Assembly (NCBI GenBank): GCA_963707025.1
Contig: CAVPOM010000005.1
Coordinates: forward strand, 352,001 to 416,000
Direction of reading: 5' to 3'
Origin: an uncultured Verrucomicrobiae bacterium
GTDB lineage: Bacteria; Verrucomicrobiota; Verrucomicrobiia; Limisphaerales; Palsa-1400
Length of the DNA: 64,000 bases
The notes below the pieces were generated by a model. The model was not told the origin of the DNA. It saw only the letters and a program-made list of their open reading frames with translations, and searched no databases. This document shows positions 41,545-51,794 of the stretch, in pieces. The first letter of the stretch is position 1, and each line of letters begins with the position of its first letter. The position numbers and the translations under genes are program-made.

Positions 41545-41736
41545 ATGCGCACACTGTACTACGTGCTCCTGTTTGCTTTCCTGCTTCTGGTCCTCTTTTG
41601 CTTAAATTTGGTCCGCTGGGCAGTCTCCAAGGTTCAGCTTGCGCTGGTCTCGGTCGGCCGATGGCCTTCCCCTCGCAGTCGAGGATGGAGGAGAGAATCC
41701 GCCATGAAGGAAAACCCATCGCGCCGGATTTGCTGA
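41545..41736 (+). CDS. Possible small membrane protein
   Basis: MRTLYYVLLFAFLLLVLFCLNLVRW, a single TM segment with a basic tail. No family recognised. Confidence 0.3.
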   Translation: MRTLYYVLLFAFLLLVLFCLNLVRWAVSKVQLALVSVGRWPSPRSRGWRRESAMKENPSRRIC

Positions 41737-41755
41737 AAAAGAGGGGGATGAAGTG

Positions 41756-42763
41756 TCACAGTTTGAGCTTGAGGAGGGCCACTTCCAAGGCGAGGGCCTC
41801 TTGCACGTTGGTGTTGAGCTGGCGTTGCAGAAGGTCCACTTCTTCCAGGTTTCTCATGGCATCGGCGGGGGAAATGCGCGCGGCCACCGCGGCGGCCGCC
41901 CCCTCCAGGTCGGGAAAACTGAACAACCCGCCGCCGGCCTGCAAGGTGTGCAGCCAGACATCGCGCAACCACCAGTGCAAGGCGCCAAGCAGGTCGCCGC
42001 GCTGGTGGCGGTATTCGGATTCGATGGCGGCGGTTAACTCGTCCTCCAGCTTTTCGCGCACATCGGGATCCAGTTCATCGTATTGCTCCAGGGGCGAGCG
42101 CGCGGCGAGTGCCTTCTCAATGTCCGCCTTTTGGGCGGCGAGTTTCTTCATGAGCAGGCCCAGCAACTGGTAACGGGCCATCAAGCCGCGCCCGGACCGC
42201 GCCGCCAGTTGGCTGAAGGCGGCCAGCCAGGCGGCGTGTTGGGCGTGGGTCTGCGCGCTCTCGCCGCCAAAGCTCAGGCGCAGACAACGGGAGAGGATGG
42301 TTTCCAAAATGCGCTGCGGCGCGGTGGTCAGGAGAAGGAGAATGGAATCGGCGGGCGGCTCCTCCAGGGTTTTCAAGAACGCGTTGCCGGCCTGCGGGTT
42401 GAGCCGGTCGGCGGCCACCACCACGCCGACTTTGAATTTGGCGGCGGTCGGTTTTAAATGGAGGCTGTGCAGCAGGCCGCGGATCTGGTCAATGGTGATG
42501 ACGCGGGATCTGGATTCGGGGCGCACCCAGAGGACGTTGGGATGGACATCGCGTTGGATCCTCCGGCAGGGGTCGCACTGCCCGCAGGAATGAAGGGACG
42601 GTTGGGCGGCGGCACGGGCGGAGGCGCAGTTGAGGGCCTTGGCCAGGGTGCGCGCCATGATTTCCAATTCATCCAGGGAATCGCCGGAAAAGAGGCAGGC
42701 ATGGGCGAGGCGGTTTCGTTGCAGGCTTCGTTCCAGCAGGAGGGTCATGTTGGTTTGGGGCAT
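41756..42763 (-). CDS. holB: DNA polymerase III subunit delta'
   Basis: RLAHACLF, CGQCDPC zinc motif, HP, NAFLKTLEEPP, TILSRC. Confidence 0.9.
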   Translation of the reverse strand: MPQTNMTLLLERSLQRNRLAHACLFSGDSLDELEIMARTLAKALNCASARAAAQPSLHSCGQCDPCRRIQRDVHPNVLWVRPESRSRVITIDQIRGLLHSLHLKPTAAKFKVGVVVAADRLNPQAGNAFLKTLEEPPADSILLLLTTAPQRILETILSRCLRLSFGGESAQTHAQHAAWLAAFSQLAARSGRGLMARYQLLGLLMKKLAAQKADIEKALAARSPLEQYDELDPDVREKLEDELTAAIESEYRHQRGDLLGALHWWLRDVWLHTLQAGGGLFSFPDLEGAAAAVAARISPADAMRNLEEVDLLQRQLNTNVQEALALEVALLKLKL

Positions 42764-42796
42764 AGGGCGGGAGAGTGGGGCGGTCAGGGACCTCCG

Positions 42797-43219
42797 CTAG
42801 AGGGGCATGTTTCTGCCGGGATTCTTTTCGTCCATCATTTTGACCGCCAGCGGGATGCTGGCCAAGGGGCGTCCATCCAGGGACAAGTCAATGGAGTAAA
42901 GGCCGGCTTTGTCGAACTTCAACTGCTGGATGTTGACGACGAAATTGCGGGACATGAAAGTGGCGTCGGAGGGGAAAAGGATTTCCACGGGAACATTCAT
43001 GGCCGGCATGATGGGCTGGCCGTCCTCGTCCACGAAATTCATGGACAAATGATGCGAGCCTTCTTCGCCGCGGTCAAAGGCAATGCGCAGGGCGACGGCG
43101 CATTGGGGGTGCTGGGCGGGCAGTTGGGAGGCAAGGATGGTGTCGAAAGTGCCCAGCAAATTGAGTTTGCTGTTGTAATCGGTTGCCGCGTCGCAGAGAA
43201 CAGCCACTTGGATAGTCAT
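42797..43219 (-). CDS. Conserved hypothetical protein (DUF6941-like)
   Basis: AVLCDAA..KLNLLGTFD..F.KAGLYSI. Confidence 0.7.
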   Translation of the reverse strand: MTIQVAVLCDAATDYNSKLNLLGTFDTILASQLPAQHPQCAVALRIAFDRGEEGSHHLSMNFVDEDGQPIMPAMNVPVEILFPSDATFMSRNFVVNIQQLKFDKAGLYSIDLSLDGRPLASIPLAVKMMDEKNPGRNMPL

Positions 43220-43534
43220 AAGCTCAAGCAGTGTAGAATGCCGGCGGGGGAGTGGAAAAGGGAGAATTGAAAAAATGGTTGGATGAGGTTGGCCGGGCTT
43301 TTCCGTGGTTTGCCACAAGGATGGTTTGTGGAATGGACTTGGGCGGTGATGAAGGCATAGGCTCTAACGTTTGTCCATTTAAATATAGGGGGAAACTTTC
43401 TTTGTCAAAAGTGAAGCGGCCGGGGGGGGGCGTGGACGGCGGACGGAGAAACTCCGGGAGGTTTGGGGTCGGGCGCTATTTTGCGCCAACGGCGCGCCAT
43501 TTTCCAGAAAGTCCCCCGTTGGCCTGGGGAAAGT

Positions 43535-43619
43535 TGGTGCGCTTAGCAGGACTTGAACCTGCACGGCTTTCGCCACTACCACCTCAAAGTAGCGTGTCTG
43601 CCAATTCCACCATAAGCGC
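43535..43619 (-). tRNA. tRNA-Leu(GAG)
   Basis: GCGCTTATGGTGGAATTGGCAGACACGCTACTTTGAGGTGGTAGTGGCGAAAGCCGTGCAGGTTCAAGTCCTGCTAAGCGCACCA: cloverleaf, long variable arm, encoded CCA. Confidence 0.95.
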
Positions 43620-43741
43620 ACCCGCTCCGGGCTTATCAAAGCACGGCGCGGGGCCATTCGCAAGCGGAATTCGGAAGATGGGGAAGATTGATTTGCAAGA
43701 TTGCTGTGGATTTTTGCGGCCATCGGCCTAGAATTCCACCC

Positions 43742-45139
43742 ATGCCAGAGAAAACTTTGAGTCAGATCCCCCGGTCCTTGCGCGAGCAGTATGAAAAGGG
43801 AAAGGAGGCCCTGGACCGGCGCAATTATGATTATGCCGTTGTCATCTTCGCCGGCGTGCTGGAACAGGAGCCGGCTTTCTTCGATTGCCGCCAGCTTCTC
43901 CGTATCACCCAGCATAAAAAGGCGGAGGGCCACGGGCGGGGGTTTTTCAAAAAAATGATGAGCGGGGCCAGTTCCTCCCCCTTGTTTACCAAGGGGCAGT
44001 TCGCCTTGCGCAACGAGCCGCTGGAGGCCTTGAAGATCGCCGAACAGATTCTTAACTCCGATCCGCACAGCACGCAGGGACACAAGCTGCTGGCCGACGC
44101 GGCCATGGCGGCCGAGCTGCCCAAGACCGCGATTCTCTCCCTGGAAATCCTGGCCAAGAAATCGCCCAAGGACCAGGAGTTCCAAAAGGAACTGGGCCGC
44201 GGCTACTCCCAGGCGGGCCAAGTGGACAAAGCGGAGAAGATTTTCTCCGAGTTGGTCCGGCTCAACCCCGGCGACGCCAAGCTGCTGGAGGAGCTCAAGG
44301 ATATGTCCGCGCGCAAAACGCTGGCGGAGGGCGGTTACGACGCGCTGGCCGACGGGAAAGGTTCTTACCGCGATATCTTGAAGGACAAAGACCAGGCGGT
44401 CGCGCTGGAACAGGAGAACCGCCAGGTCAAGGACACGGACACGACACGGCGGCTGCTGGAGGAAGCCGAGGCCCGGCTGGTCCAGGAGCCCAAGAACTTG
44501 AAGCTGCTGCGCACCATTGCCGAGCTTTACACCCAGAGAAAAGAATATGGCCGGGCGCGCCAGGCCTACCACCAGATCGTGGCCACGGAAGGCCAGGCCG
44601 ATGCCAGCCTGCAAAAGGCCATTGCCGACGTGACGGTGCGGGAATTTGACCTGGCCCTGGCCGGCCTGGACGCCGCCGCGCCGGATTACGCCGCGCAATC
44701 CGCCCGGATTACGGCAGAGCGGGATAATTATATGTTGACAGAATGCAAGGAGCGGGCCGAGAAATATCCCAGCGACCTGTTCATCCGTTTTGAGCTGGGC
44801 CAGCTCTATTTTCAGGCCGGCAAAATCGGCGAAGCCATCCAGGAATTCCAAAAGGCGCAAAACAATCCCAACAAGCGGATCGCGGCCTTGAGCTGCCTGG
44901 GGCAGTGTTTTGCCCGCCGCAACATGAACGACCTCGCCGCCAAAACGCTGGAGAAGGCGCTGGCGGAGAAACTGGTTTTCGACGAGGAAAAAATGGAGAT
45001 CACTTACGAGCTGGGCCTGGTCCTGGAAAAAATGGGGAAAAAGGAGCAGGCCATCGAACAGTACAAAAAGATTTACGAAGTGGATGTCGGCTTCAAGGAC
45101 GTGGCCAGGAAGGTGGACGACTATTACGCCGGACAATGA
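43742..45139 (+). CDS. Tetratricopeptide repeat protein
   Basis: Helical TPR patterns (FELGQLY..AIQEFQKA; YELGLVLE..AIEQYKKI). Confidence 0.85.
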   Translation: MPEKTLSQIPRSLREQYEKGKEALDRRNYDYAVVIFAGVLEQEPAFFDCRQLLRITQHKKAEGHGRGFFKKMMSGASSSPLFTKGQFALRNEPLEALKIAEQILNSDPHSTQGHKLLADAAMAAELPKTAILSLEILAKKSPKDQEFQKELGRGYSQAGQVDKAEKIFSELVRLNPGDAKLLEELKDMSARKTLAEGGYDALADGKGSYRDILKDKDQAVALEQENRQVKDTDTTRRLLEEAEARLVQEPKNLKLLRTIAELYTQRKEYGRARQAYHQIVATEGQADASLQKAIADVTVREFDLALAGLDAAAPDYAAQSARITAERDNYMLTECKERAEKYPSDLFIRFELGQLYFQAGKIGEAIQEFQKAQNNPNKRIAALSCLGQCFARRNMNDLAAKTLEKALAEKLVFDEEKMEITYELGLVLEKMGKKEQAIEQYKKIYEVDVGFKDVARKVDDYYAGQ

Positions 45140-45157
45140 GGGGCCGCGCCGCGCGCC

Positions 45158-46465
45158 TCAATTCCCGCCGCCGCCTCTTTTTTTGGGCTGGACGATGTAA
45201 GCGGCAAATTCGCCGCGATAATGCGGCGACAGGCGCGCCTTGAACCGCGCGGCCTGGCCGGCGTAATCGTGTTCCAGGACCTGGGCCACTTCATGCAGCC
45301 GGGCGATCACGGCGGATTGCCCGTGCGGCACGGCCAGATCCACCAATTCGCGGCTGGGCCGCAATTGCGTGCCCAGTTCGTGGATCAGCCCGCCCAGGCC
45401 TTCGCCCGTTTTGGCGGACAGGGCAACGCTGTTAGGGAACTGGTCCAAAAACTTGGCGAGCAGGCCGTTGCTCCCCTCCAGCCGGTCAATTTTGTTGAAG
45501 ACCATGATGGTCGGCTTGCCCGCCGCGCCGATTTCCGCCAGCACCGTATTGACCGCGGCGATCTGCTCCGCCGCCTGCGCGTGTCCCGCGTCCACCACAT
45601 GCACCAGCAGGTCGGCCTGCGCCACCTCCTCCAGGGTCGCCTTGAAAGCCTCCACCAGGCCGTGGGGCAATTTGCGGATGAAGCCCACCGTGTCAGTCAA
45701 AAATAAATTCTGGTTGGTGGGCAGGCGCAGACGCCGGGTGGTGGGGTCCAGCGTCGCGAACAGCTTGTCCTCCTCCAGGGCATGCGCGCCGGTCAGGGCG
45801 TTGAGGAGGGTGGATTTGCCGGCGTTGGTGTAGCCGACGATCGAGGCCATCGGCCAGGGCTGGCGCTGGCGGCCGGTGCGTTGGGTGGCGCGGTGGCGGC
45901 GCACGGCCTGGAGGTCGGCGGTCAGGCGCTCGATCCGTTCCTGCACCCGGCGGCGGTCGGTTTCCAACTGCGATTCGCCTTCGCCCCCGCGCATGCCGAT
46001 GCCGCCGCTTTGCCGGGAGAGATGGCCCCAAAAGCGGGTCAGGCGGGGCAGCAGATGTTGCAACTGGGCCAGTTCGACCTGCAATTTCCCTTCCCGCGTC
46101 CGCGCCCGTTGCGCGAAAATATCCAGGATCAGCGCCGTGCGATCCAGCACCTTGCAGCCGAAAACATTTTCCAGGTTCCGGCTTTGGGCGGGCGAAAGCT
46201 CGTCATCGAAGACCACCGTATCCACCTTGTGCTCGCGGCAATAATCGGCGAACTCCCGGGCTTTGCCGCTGCCGATGAAGGTGCCGGCGGCGGGCGCTTC
46301 CAGTTTTTGCGTGCCGGTGCCCGCCACCAAGCCGCCGGCGGTTGCGGCCAACTCGGCCAACTCCTGCATGGATTCGCGCATTTGCCAGTTTGAGCCGGAT
46401 TTGAGTTCCAGTCCGATGAGAAAAACCCGTTCGGTTCGTTTGGCAATCGAGATGAGCGCTTTCAA
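45158..46465 (-). CDS. hflX: GTPase HflX
   Basis: ILDIFAQRA, GYTNAGKST, LFATLDPT, DTVGF, NKID. Confidence 0.95.
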   Translation of the reverse strand: MKALISIAKRTERVFLIGLELKSGSNWQMRESMQELAELAATAGGLVAGTGTQKLEAPAAGTFIGSGKAREFADYCREHKVDTVVFDDELSPAQSRNLENVFGCKVLDRTALILDIFAQRARTREGKLQVELAQLQHLLPRLTRFWGHLSRQSGGIGMRGGEGESQLETDRRRVQERIERLTADLQAVRRHRATQRTGRQRQPWPMASIVGYTNAGKSTLLNALTGAHALEEDKLFATLDPTTRRLRLPTNQNLFLTDTVGFIRKLPHGLVEAFKATLEEVAQADLLVHVVDAGHAQAAEQIAAVNTVLAEIGAAGKPTIMVFNKIDRLEGSNGLLAKFLDQFPNSVALSAKTGEGLGGLIHELGTQLRPSRELVDLAVPHGQSAVIARLHEVAQVLEHDYAGQAARFKARLSPHYRGEFAAYIVQPKKRGGGGN

Positions 46466-46503
46466 TTCTTATCTTATTCCGGTCGCATCCAACGTAGCAT
46501 CTC

Positions 46504-47457
46504 TTAACTTTTGTGCAAAGGGGATAAGCAGGCGGGCAAACGCGCGGCCAGTTGTGCGGCGGCCGCTTCCGCGCTTTGCCCCTCCAGCGAAATCCAGTCC
46601 AGGCGCATCTGCCGCCGGAACCAGGTGAGCTGGCGCTTGGCGAATTGGCGCGTGCGGATTTTCACCAGCTCCTTCGTTTCAGGCAACGTCCGCCGCCCGC
46701 GCAAGTGTTCCACCACCTGCCGGTAGCCCAGGGCCTGCATGGCGGTCGGATTCCGTTCCAGCCCGCCTCCCAGCAATGATTCGGTTTCCGCCAGCAACCC
46801 TCTGGCGAACATCTCCTCCACCCGCCGCTCCATCCTCTCACGCAATTCTCCGGCCGGGCGTGTCAAACCAAAAAAGCATCCCGCTTCCCCGCCCTGCCTT
46901 CCCTGCCCTGCCACCCGCTGCCCGGAAAATGGCTTGCCCGTCAGCCGGATCACCTCCAGCGCGCGGATGACGCGGCGCGGATTCTGCCGGTCTATTCGTT
47001 GAAAAGTCACCGGATCGCTTTTCTCCAACTCCGCCAGCAATTCCGCCAGCGGCTGCGCCTCAAGCCCGGCCCGCAAGGCGGCGTCCGCCCCGGGGGCTTC
47101 CCCCAGGCCTTCCAGGAAGGCCTTGAAATAAAACCCGGTGCCGCCGCAAAAGATCGGGACATGGCCGCGCGCCTGGATTTCCGCCACGGCCGCGCCCGCC
47201 AACTGGACGAAGCGGGCCGCATCAAACCTCTCCTCCAATCCCGCCACATCAATCAGATGATGCCGCACCCGTTGCAACTCCTCCCGCCCCGGTTTGCCCG
47301 TGCCGATGTCCAATCCCCGATAAACCTGCATGGAATCCACCGAAATGATTTCGCCAGCGATGCGTTCCGCCAGCGCCAGGGCCACGGCGGATTTGCCCGC
47401 GGCCGTCGGGCCGGCCAGATAGATGGCGGACGGCGGAGGATGAATTGCTGTTGCCAT
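46504..47457 (-). CDS. miaA: tRNA dimethylallyltransferase
   Basis: GPTAAGKS, DSMQVYRGLDIGTGKP, GGTGFY, RQFAKRQLTWF. Confidence 0.95.
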   Translation of the reverse strand: MATAIHPPPSAIYLAGPTAAGKSAVALALAERIAGEIISVDSMQVYRGLDIGTGKPGREELQRVRHHLIDVAGLEERFDAARFVQLAGAAVAEIQARGHVPIFCGGTGFYFKAFLEGLGEAPGADAALRAGLEAQPLAELLAELEKSDPVTFQRIDRQNPRRVIRALEVIRLTGKPFSGQRVAGQGRQGGEAGCFFGLTRPAGELRERMERRVEEMFARGLLAETESLLGGGLERNPTAMQALGYRQVVEHLRGRRTLPETKELVKIRTRQFAKRQLTWFRRQMRLDWISLEGQSAEAAAAQLAARLPACLSPLHKS

Positions 47458-47460
47458 TGT

Positions 47461-48322
47461 CTATTCCCCCTTGTCGGCCGGCTTGTCCGCCAGAGCCTTG
47501 GCGTCGGCGGAATTCGCCATCCCGGCAACTTTCCCCTTGGGCAGCAGAAACAGCAGCAGCGCCCCGGCCAACAGCGTGCCCACGCTGACCAGTTGCGCCG
47601 CGTGATCCGCCCCCACACCAGGTTTGCCGGAGGATAATCGCCCCGGAAATACTCGACGAAGGAACGCAAAACGGCATAACACACCAGGTAAAGGGCAAAG
47701 ACCTGTCCGTCGAACTTCCGGCGCTTGTAAAACCACGCCAGCGCGGCGAACAACGCCAGATTCAGCAGGGAATCGTAAATTTGGGTCGGATGCACAAAAT
47801 GCGGCTGGCCGTCGTCATGCAAGTGCGACGGGTGGCCCACCGGGAATTGGATGCCCCAGGGCAAATCGGTCGGGCGGCCATAGCAACAGCCGTGCATCAG
47901 GCAACCCCAGCGGCCAAAAAACGATCCCAACGCCACGCTGGGCGCCAGGATGTCGGCCAATTTCCAGAGCGCAAGACGCTTTCGCCAGGCGAACACCGCG
48001 CAAGCGGCCGAAGCGCCGATCAGGCCCCCGTAGTAAACGACCCCGCCGTGTTGCACCATGAAGATTTCCAGCCACGGCGAGTGGCCGTGCTGACGGGCCG
48101 CCTCGGTAATGTCCGGCCAATACGAAACCACATAGACGGCGCGCGCGCCCGCCACCGCCCCGATCAACAGCCAGGTGCCGCAATCGAAGATTGCTTCCGG
48201 GTCAGCTTTTGCCGCAAGGCGCGGCGGCTGGCGTTCCACAGGCCGAACAAAAAACCAGACGCCACCAAAATGCCATACCAGGTGATGGTCAGCGGCCCCA
48301 ATTTAAAAGCAATGTCATGCAC
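47461..48322 (-). CDS. lgt: Prolipoprotein diacylglyceryl transferase (frameshifts near 48205 and 47600)
   Basis: LGPLTITWYG / GARAVYV, YYGGLIG, GRWGCL.GCCYG, HPTQIY, RSFVEYFRG / AQLVS, spread over three frames. Confidence 0.9.
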
Positions 48323-48615
48323 CGCCGACAAAATAGAATCGCCCCGCGCAAAGAGCAAGGGGGGCCTGGGAGGCCACGGCCGGCCGACTGCTCCGGCGCC
48401 ACCGGGATTGACGCTGCTGATTCATCGGCGCACACTCTTCAGCCATGCCGCTATTTACCCTGGTTTGCGGCGGTCATGGACCGCCGCTCCAATCGTGGAA
48501 GCGCCTTTTGCCGAGGTCTCATTCTTCATATTGCATTTATTCGCTGGCGCGGAACCGGAAGTGCTGGCAGATTAAAACTGTTGCGGGCAGTCCCAAACAG
48601 TGATTCACATAGAAT

Positions 48616-49035
48616 ATGCAAACAAATACTGAGACCGAAGACGCCATCGTGCAAAAGACCCGGGAGTTGTGCGAAACCATCGTGCAGCAGCCCCAGTTTC
48701 AGAGCATCCGCCAGCGGGTGGACGCCTTCCTGGCCGATGCCGAAGCCCAGTCGCAATACCAGTGCCTGAGCGATCTGGGCCAGCAGCTTCACGATAAACA
48801 GCACCAGGGGCAGACCCTGACCAGCGCGGAAATCGCGGCCTTTGACCGGCAGCGCGACATCTTTGCCCGCAATGCGGTGGCCCGGGCTTTTGTGGAGGCG
48901 CAGGAGGAAATGCACCAGCTCCAGCAGCAGATCAGCCAATACGTGAGCAAGACCCTCGAACTGGGCGCGGTGCCCACGGCCGAAGACCTGGCCGAGGGCG
49001 GCTCCTGCGGCACCGGTTGCGGCTGTCACCACTAA
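48616..49035 (+). CDS. YlbF/YmcA-family regulator
   Basis: Helical Gln-rich protein with NAVARAFVEAQ and a C-terminal GSCGTGCGCHH. Confidence 0.75.
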   Translation: MQTNTETEDAIVQKTRELCETIVQQPQFQSIRQRVDAFLADAEAQSQYQCLSDLGQQLHDKQHQGQTLTSAEIAAFDRQRDIFARNAVARAFVEAQEEMHQLQQQISQYVSKTLELGAVPTAEDLAEGGSCGTGCGCHH

Positions 49036-50429
49036 TTTTGAGCCAGCCGGCCATCCAGGAAAAGTTCTTGCAGTCCGCCGCCCGGCACGGCTACGCTACC
49101 GCGCCGGTCAAAACAACCCGGCTGCCGCCGGGCATTCCCTACATCGTAGGCAACGAGGCGGCGGAACGGTTCAGCTTTTACGGCATGAACGCCATCCTGA
49201 CCGCGTTCATGGCCCACAACTTATTGGATGCCAACGGGAGGCCGGATCCGATGAGCAATTCAGACGCGGTGGCCTATTCCAACCTGTTTGTCGCCGCCGT
49301 TTATTTCACTCCGTTTTTGGGCGCGGTCATCTCCGACGCCTTCCTGGGAAAATTCCGAACCGTTGTCATCCTGTCCATTGTTTATTGCTTCGGTCATTTG
49401 GCGCTTTCGCTCAATGCCACCCGCCTGGGTCTGTTGGTCGGGCTGTCGCTCATAGCTCTTGGAGCCGGCGGCATCAAACCCTGCGTGTCGTCGAATGTGG
49501 GGGATCAGTTCGGGGCGTCCAATCAGCATTTGATGGCCCGTGTTTTTGGCTGGTTCTATTTCGCGGTCAATTTCGGGGCATTTTTTTCCCAATTGCTGAC
49601 TCCGGTTCTCCTGGACGACTGCGGACCGCATGTGGCGTTTGGCGTGCCTGGAATTCTGATGCTGGCGGCCACGATTATTTTCTGGCTTGGCCGTCGGAAG
49701 TTTGTCCATGTCCCCCCGAGCGGGAGCGGCATTCTCAAGGACGCCATCAGCCCGGAAGGCCGGGGCGTCATCGGCCGGTTGACTGTCCTATATATTTTCT
49801 TCGCCGTTTTTTGGTCGCTCTATTATCAAACCACCAACGCCTGGGTGTTGCAGGCGGACAAAATGGACCGGCATTGGCTGGGCCACGATTGGATCTCCTC
49901 ACAGTTGCAGGCCATCAATTCCATCCTGATTCTGGTTTTTATTCCGCTGTTCTCATACGTGATTTATCCGTGGCTCGACCGTGTTTTCAAGCTCACGCCC
50001 TTGCGGAAAATTTCCATCGGGTTTTTTGTCACCGTGCCGTCGTTTTGGATCACAGCCTGGGTGGAAGAACAAATCAGCCACGGATTGCATCCCAATATAG
50101 TCTGGCAGTTCGTGGCCTACATTTTTATCACGGCCGCGGAAATCCTGGTCTCCATTACCGGGCTGGAGTTTTCCTACACGCAGGCCCCGAGGAAAATGAA
50201 GTCATTCGTCATGGCCCTTTTTTACGGCTCTATCACGCTTGGCACTTTCTTTACCTTCCTCGTGAATAAATTCAATGCGCACGATGGCAAGCTGTACCTC
50301 GTGGGAGCGGATTACTACCTGTTTTTCACCTGGCTCATGCTGGCCGCTTCCGTCGGCTTCATTTTTGTGGCGCTAAAATTCAAATCGCGCGAGTTCCTCC
50401 AAGAAGAATCCCCCGCCGCCCCGGCCTAA
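49017..50429 (+). CDS. POT-family proton-dependent oligopeptide transporter (true start probably near 49100)
   Basis: EAAERFSFYGM (ExxERFxYYG), GGIKP, FYFAVNFG, GLEFSYTQAP. Confidence 0.92.
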   Translation: MRLSPLILSQPAIQEKFLQSAARHGYATAPVKTTRLPPGIPYIVGNEAAERFSFYGMNAILTAFMAHNLLDANGRPDPMSNSDAVAYSNLFVAAVYFTPFLGAVISDAFLGKFRTVVILSIVYCFGHLALSLNATRLGLLVGLSLIALGAGGIKPCVSSNVGDQFGASNQHLMARVFGWFYFAVNFGAFFSQLLTPVLLDDCGPHVAFGVPGILMLAATIIFWLGRRKFVHVPPSGSGILKDAISPEGRGVIGRLTVLYIFFAVFWSLYYQTTNAWVLQADKMDRHWLGHDWISSQLQAINSILILVFIPLFSYVIYPWLDRVFKLTPLRKISIGFFVTVPSFWITAWVEEQISHGLHPNIVWQFVAYIFITAAEILVSITGLEFSYTQAPRKMKSFVMALFYGSITLGTFFTFLVNKFNAHDGKLYLVGADYYLFFTWLMLAASVGFIFVALKFKSREFLQEESPAAPA

Positions 50430-50477
50430 GCGGCTCCCTTTGACTTTCGCCCGGCCTTCCTCTAACTTGGCCGCCTC

Positions 50478-51776
50478 GTGAATGTCCTGCTCCTCAAGGC
50501 CCCGGATTTCAGCGATCAATGCAACCGCCTGATCGCTTCTTCCAGCCTGTTTGATCCGGCCATCGAGCAGCGTTCCCGCGAAATCATTCAGGCCGTGCGC
50601 GAGCGCGGCGACGCCGCCATCAGCGAGTTTGCCCGGCGCTTCGACGGCGCGACGCTGGCACCGGACCAATTCGCCGTGTCGCGCTCCGAATTGATGGCCG
50701 CTTCCTTGCGCGCCGATGAAACGCTGCGCGCGGCGGTGGCGGAAGCGTCCGCCAACATCGAGGCTTTCGCCAAACGCTCCCTGCGCCGGGGCTGGACGAT
50801 GCGCAACTCGCATGGCGCCAGGGTGGGCGAAAAGTTCGATCCCTTTTTTCGCGTCGGGATTTACATCCCGGGCGGCATGGCCCCGCTGGTTTCCACGGCG
50901 CTGATGACCATTCCGCTGGCGCGCGTGGCTGGTTGCCGCCAGATCGTCGTCTGCTCGCCCTGTGATCGCACCGGGGAATTGAACCCCGCCCTGCTCTACG
51001 CCGCGCGCCGCGCCGGGGCGACGGAGATTTACCGCATCGGCGGGGTGCAGGCCATCGCCGCCCTGGCGCTGGGCACGAAAACCATCCGCCCTGTGCAGAA
51101 GATTTTCGGGCCGGGCAACGCCTATGTCGTCGCGGCCAAGCGCCTGCTTTACGGTTACGCGGCCATGGATTTGCTGCCGGGGCCCAGCGAGTTGCTCGTG
51201 CTGGCGGATGACACGGCCAAGGCCGCCTTCATCGCCGCCGATTTGCTGGCGCAGGCCGAACACGGGTCGGGGCGCGAGCGGGTCTGGCTGATGACCCCTT
51301 CGCTCGAGCTGTTGCGCGCCGTGCAAAAGGAAATCGCGCGGCAATTGCCCCGGCTGGCGCGGCGCGAACTGATTGAACGCGTCCTGCGCGACAATGGCTG
51401 GCTGATCCAGGTCGCCGGCCTCGCACAGGGGGTGGAGTTGGCCAACCGTCTCGCGCCGGAGCATCTGGAAATCATTTGCCGCCACGGCGTGGATTTGGCG
51501 GAGAGAATCACGGCGGCGGGGGCGATTTTTCTGGGGGGCGATTCGCCCACCGTGCTGGGCGATTATGTGGCCTGCCCCAGCCACACCCTGCCGGCGGGCG
51601 GGACGGGGGCTTCCTTCGCCGGCTTGACCGCGGACCAATTTCAGCGGCGCACCAGCCTGGTCGAATACAAAAAACCCGCCCTGAGAAAGGCGCTGAAAAC
51701 CGTCCAAAAATTCGCCCAATTGGAAGGATTGGACGCGCACGGACGTTCGGCCGAAATCCGTTTTCGCAAGCGATGA
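50478..51776 (+). CDS. hisD: Histidinol dehydrogenase
   Basis: GIYIPGG, GPGNAYV, GPSE, AQAEHG, APEHL, PSHTLP. Confidence 0.95.
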   Translation: MNVLLLKAPDFSDQCNRLIASSSLFDPAIEQRSREIIQAVRERGDAAISEFARRFDGATLAPDQFAVSRSELMAASLRADETLRAAVAEASANIEAFAKRSLRRGWTMRNSHGARVGEKFDPFFRVGIYIPGGMAPLVSTALMTIPLARVAGCRQIVVCSPCDRTGELNPALLYAARRAGATEIYRIGGVQAIAALALGTKTIRPVQKIFGPGNAYVVAAKRLLYGYAAMDLLPGPSELLVLADDTAKAAFIAADLLAQAEHGSGRERVWLMTPSLELLRAVQKEIARQLPRLARRELIERVLRDNGWLIQVAGLAQGVELANRLAPEHLEIICRHGVDLAERITAAGAIFLGGDSPTVLGDYVACPSHTLPAGGTGASFAGLTADQFQRRTSLVEYKKPALRKALKTVQKFAQLEGLDAHGRSAEIRFRKR

Positions 51777-51794
51777 TTCACCGGCCGCGCTCCC

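Noticed and set aside
43422..43430. Poly-G tract as a phase-variation switch
   Set aside because: It is intergenic, downstream of the tRNA, with no evident promoter context, and homopolymer lengths are unreliable in this assembly.
43535..43619. tRNA-Leu as an integration site or island boundary
   Set aside because: I saw no integrase and no duplicated tRNA 3' end, and the flanks are housekeeping genes.
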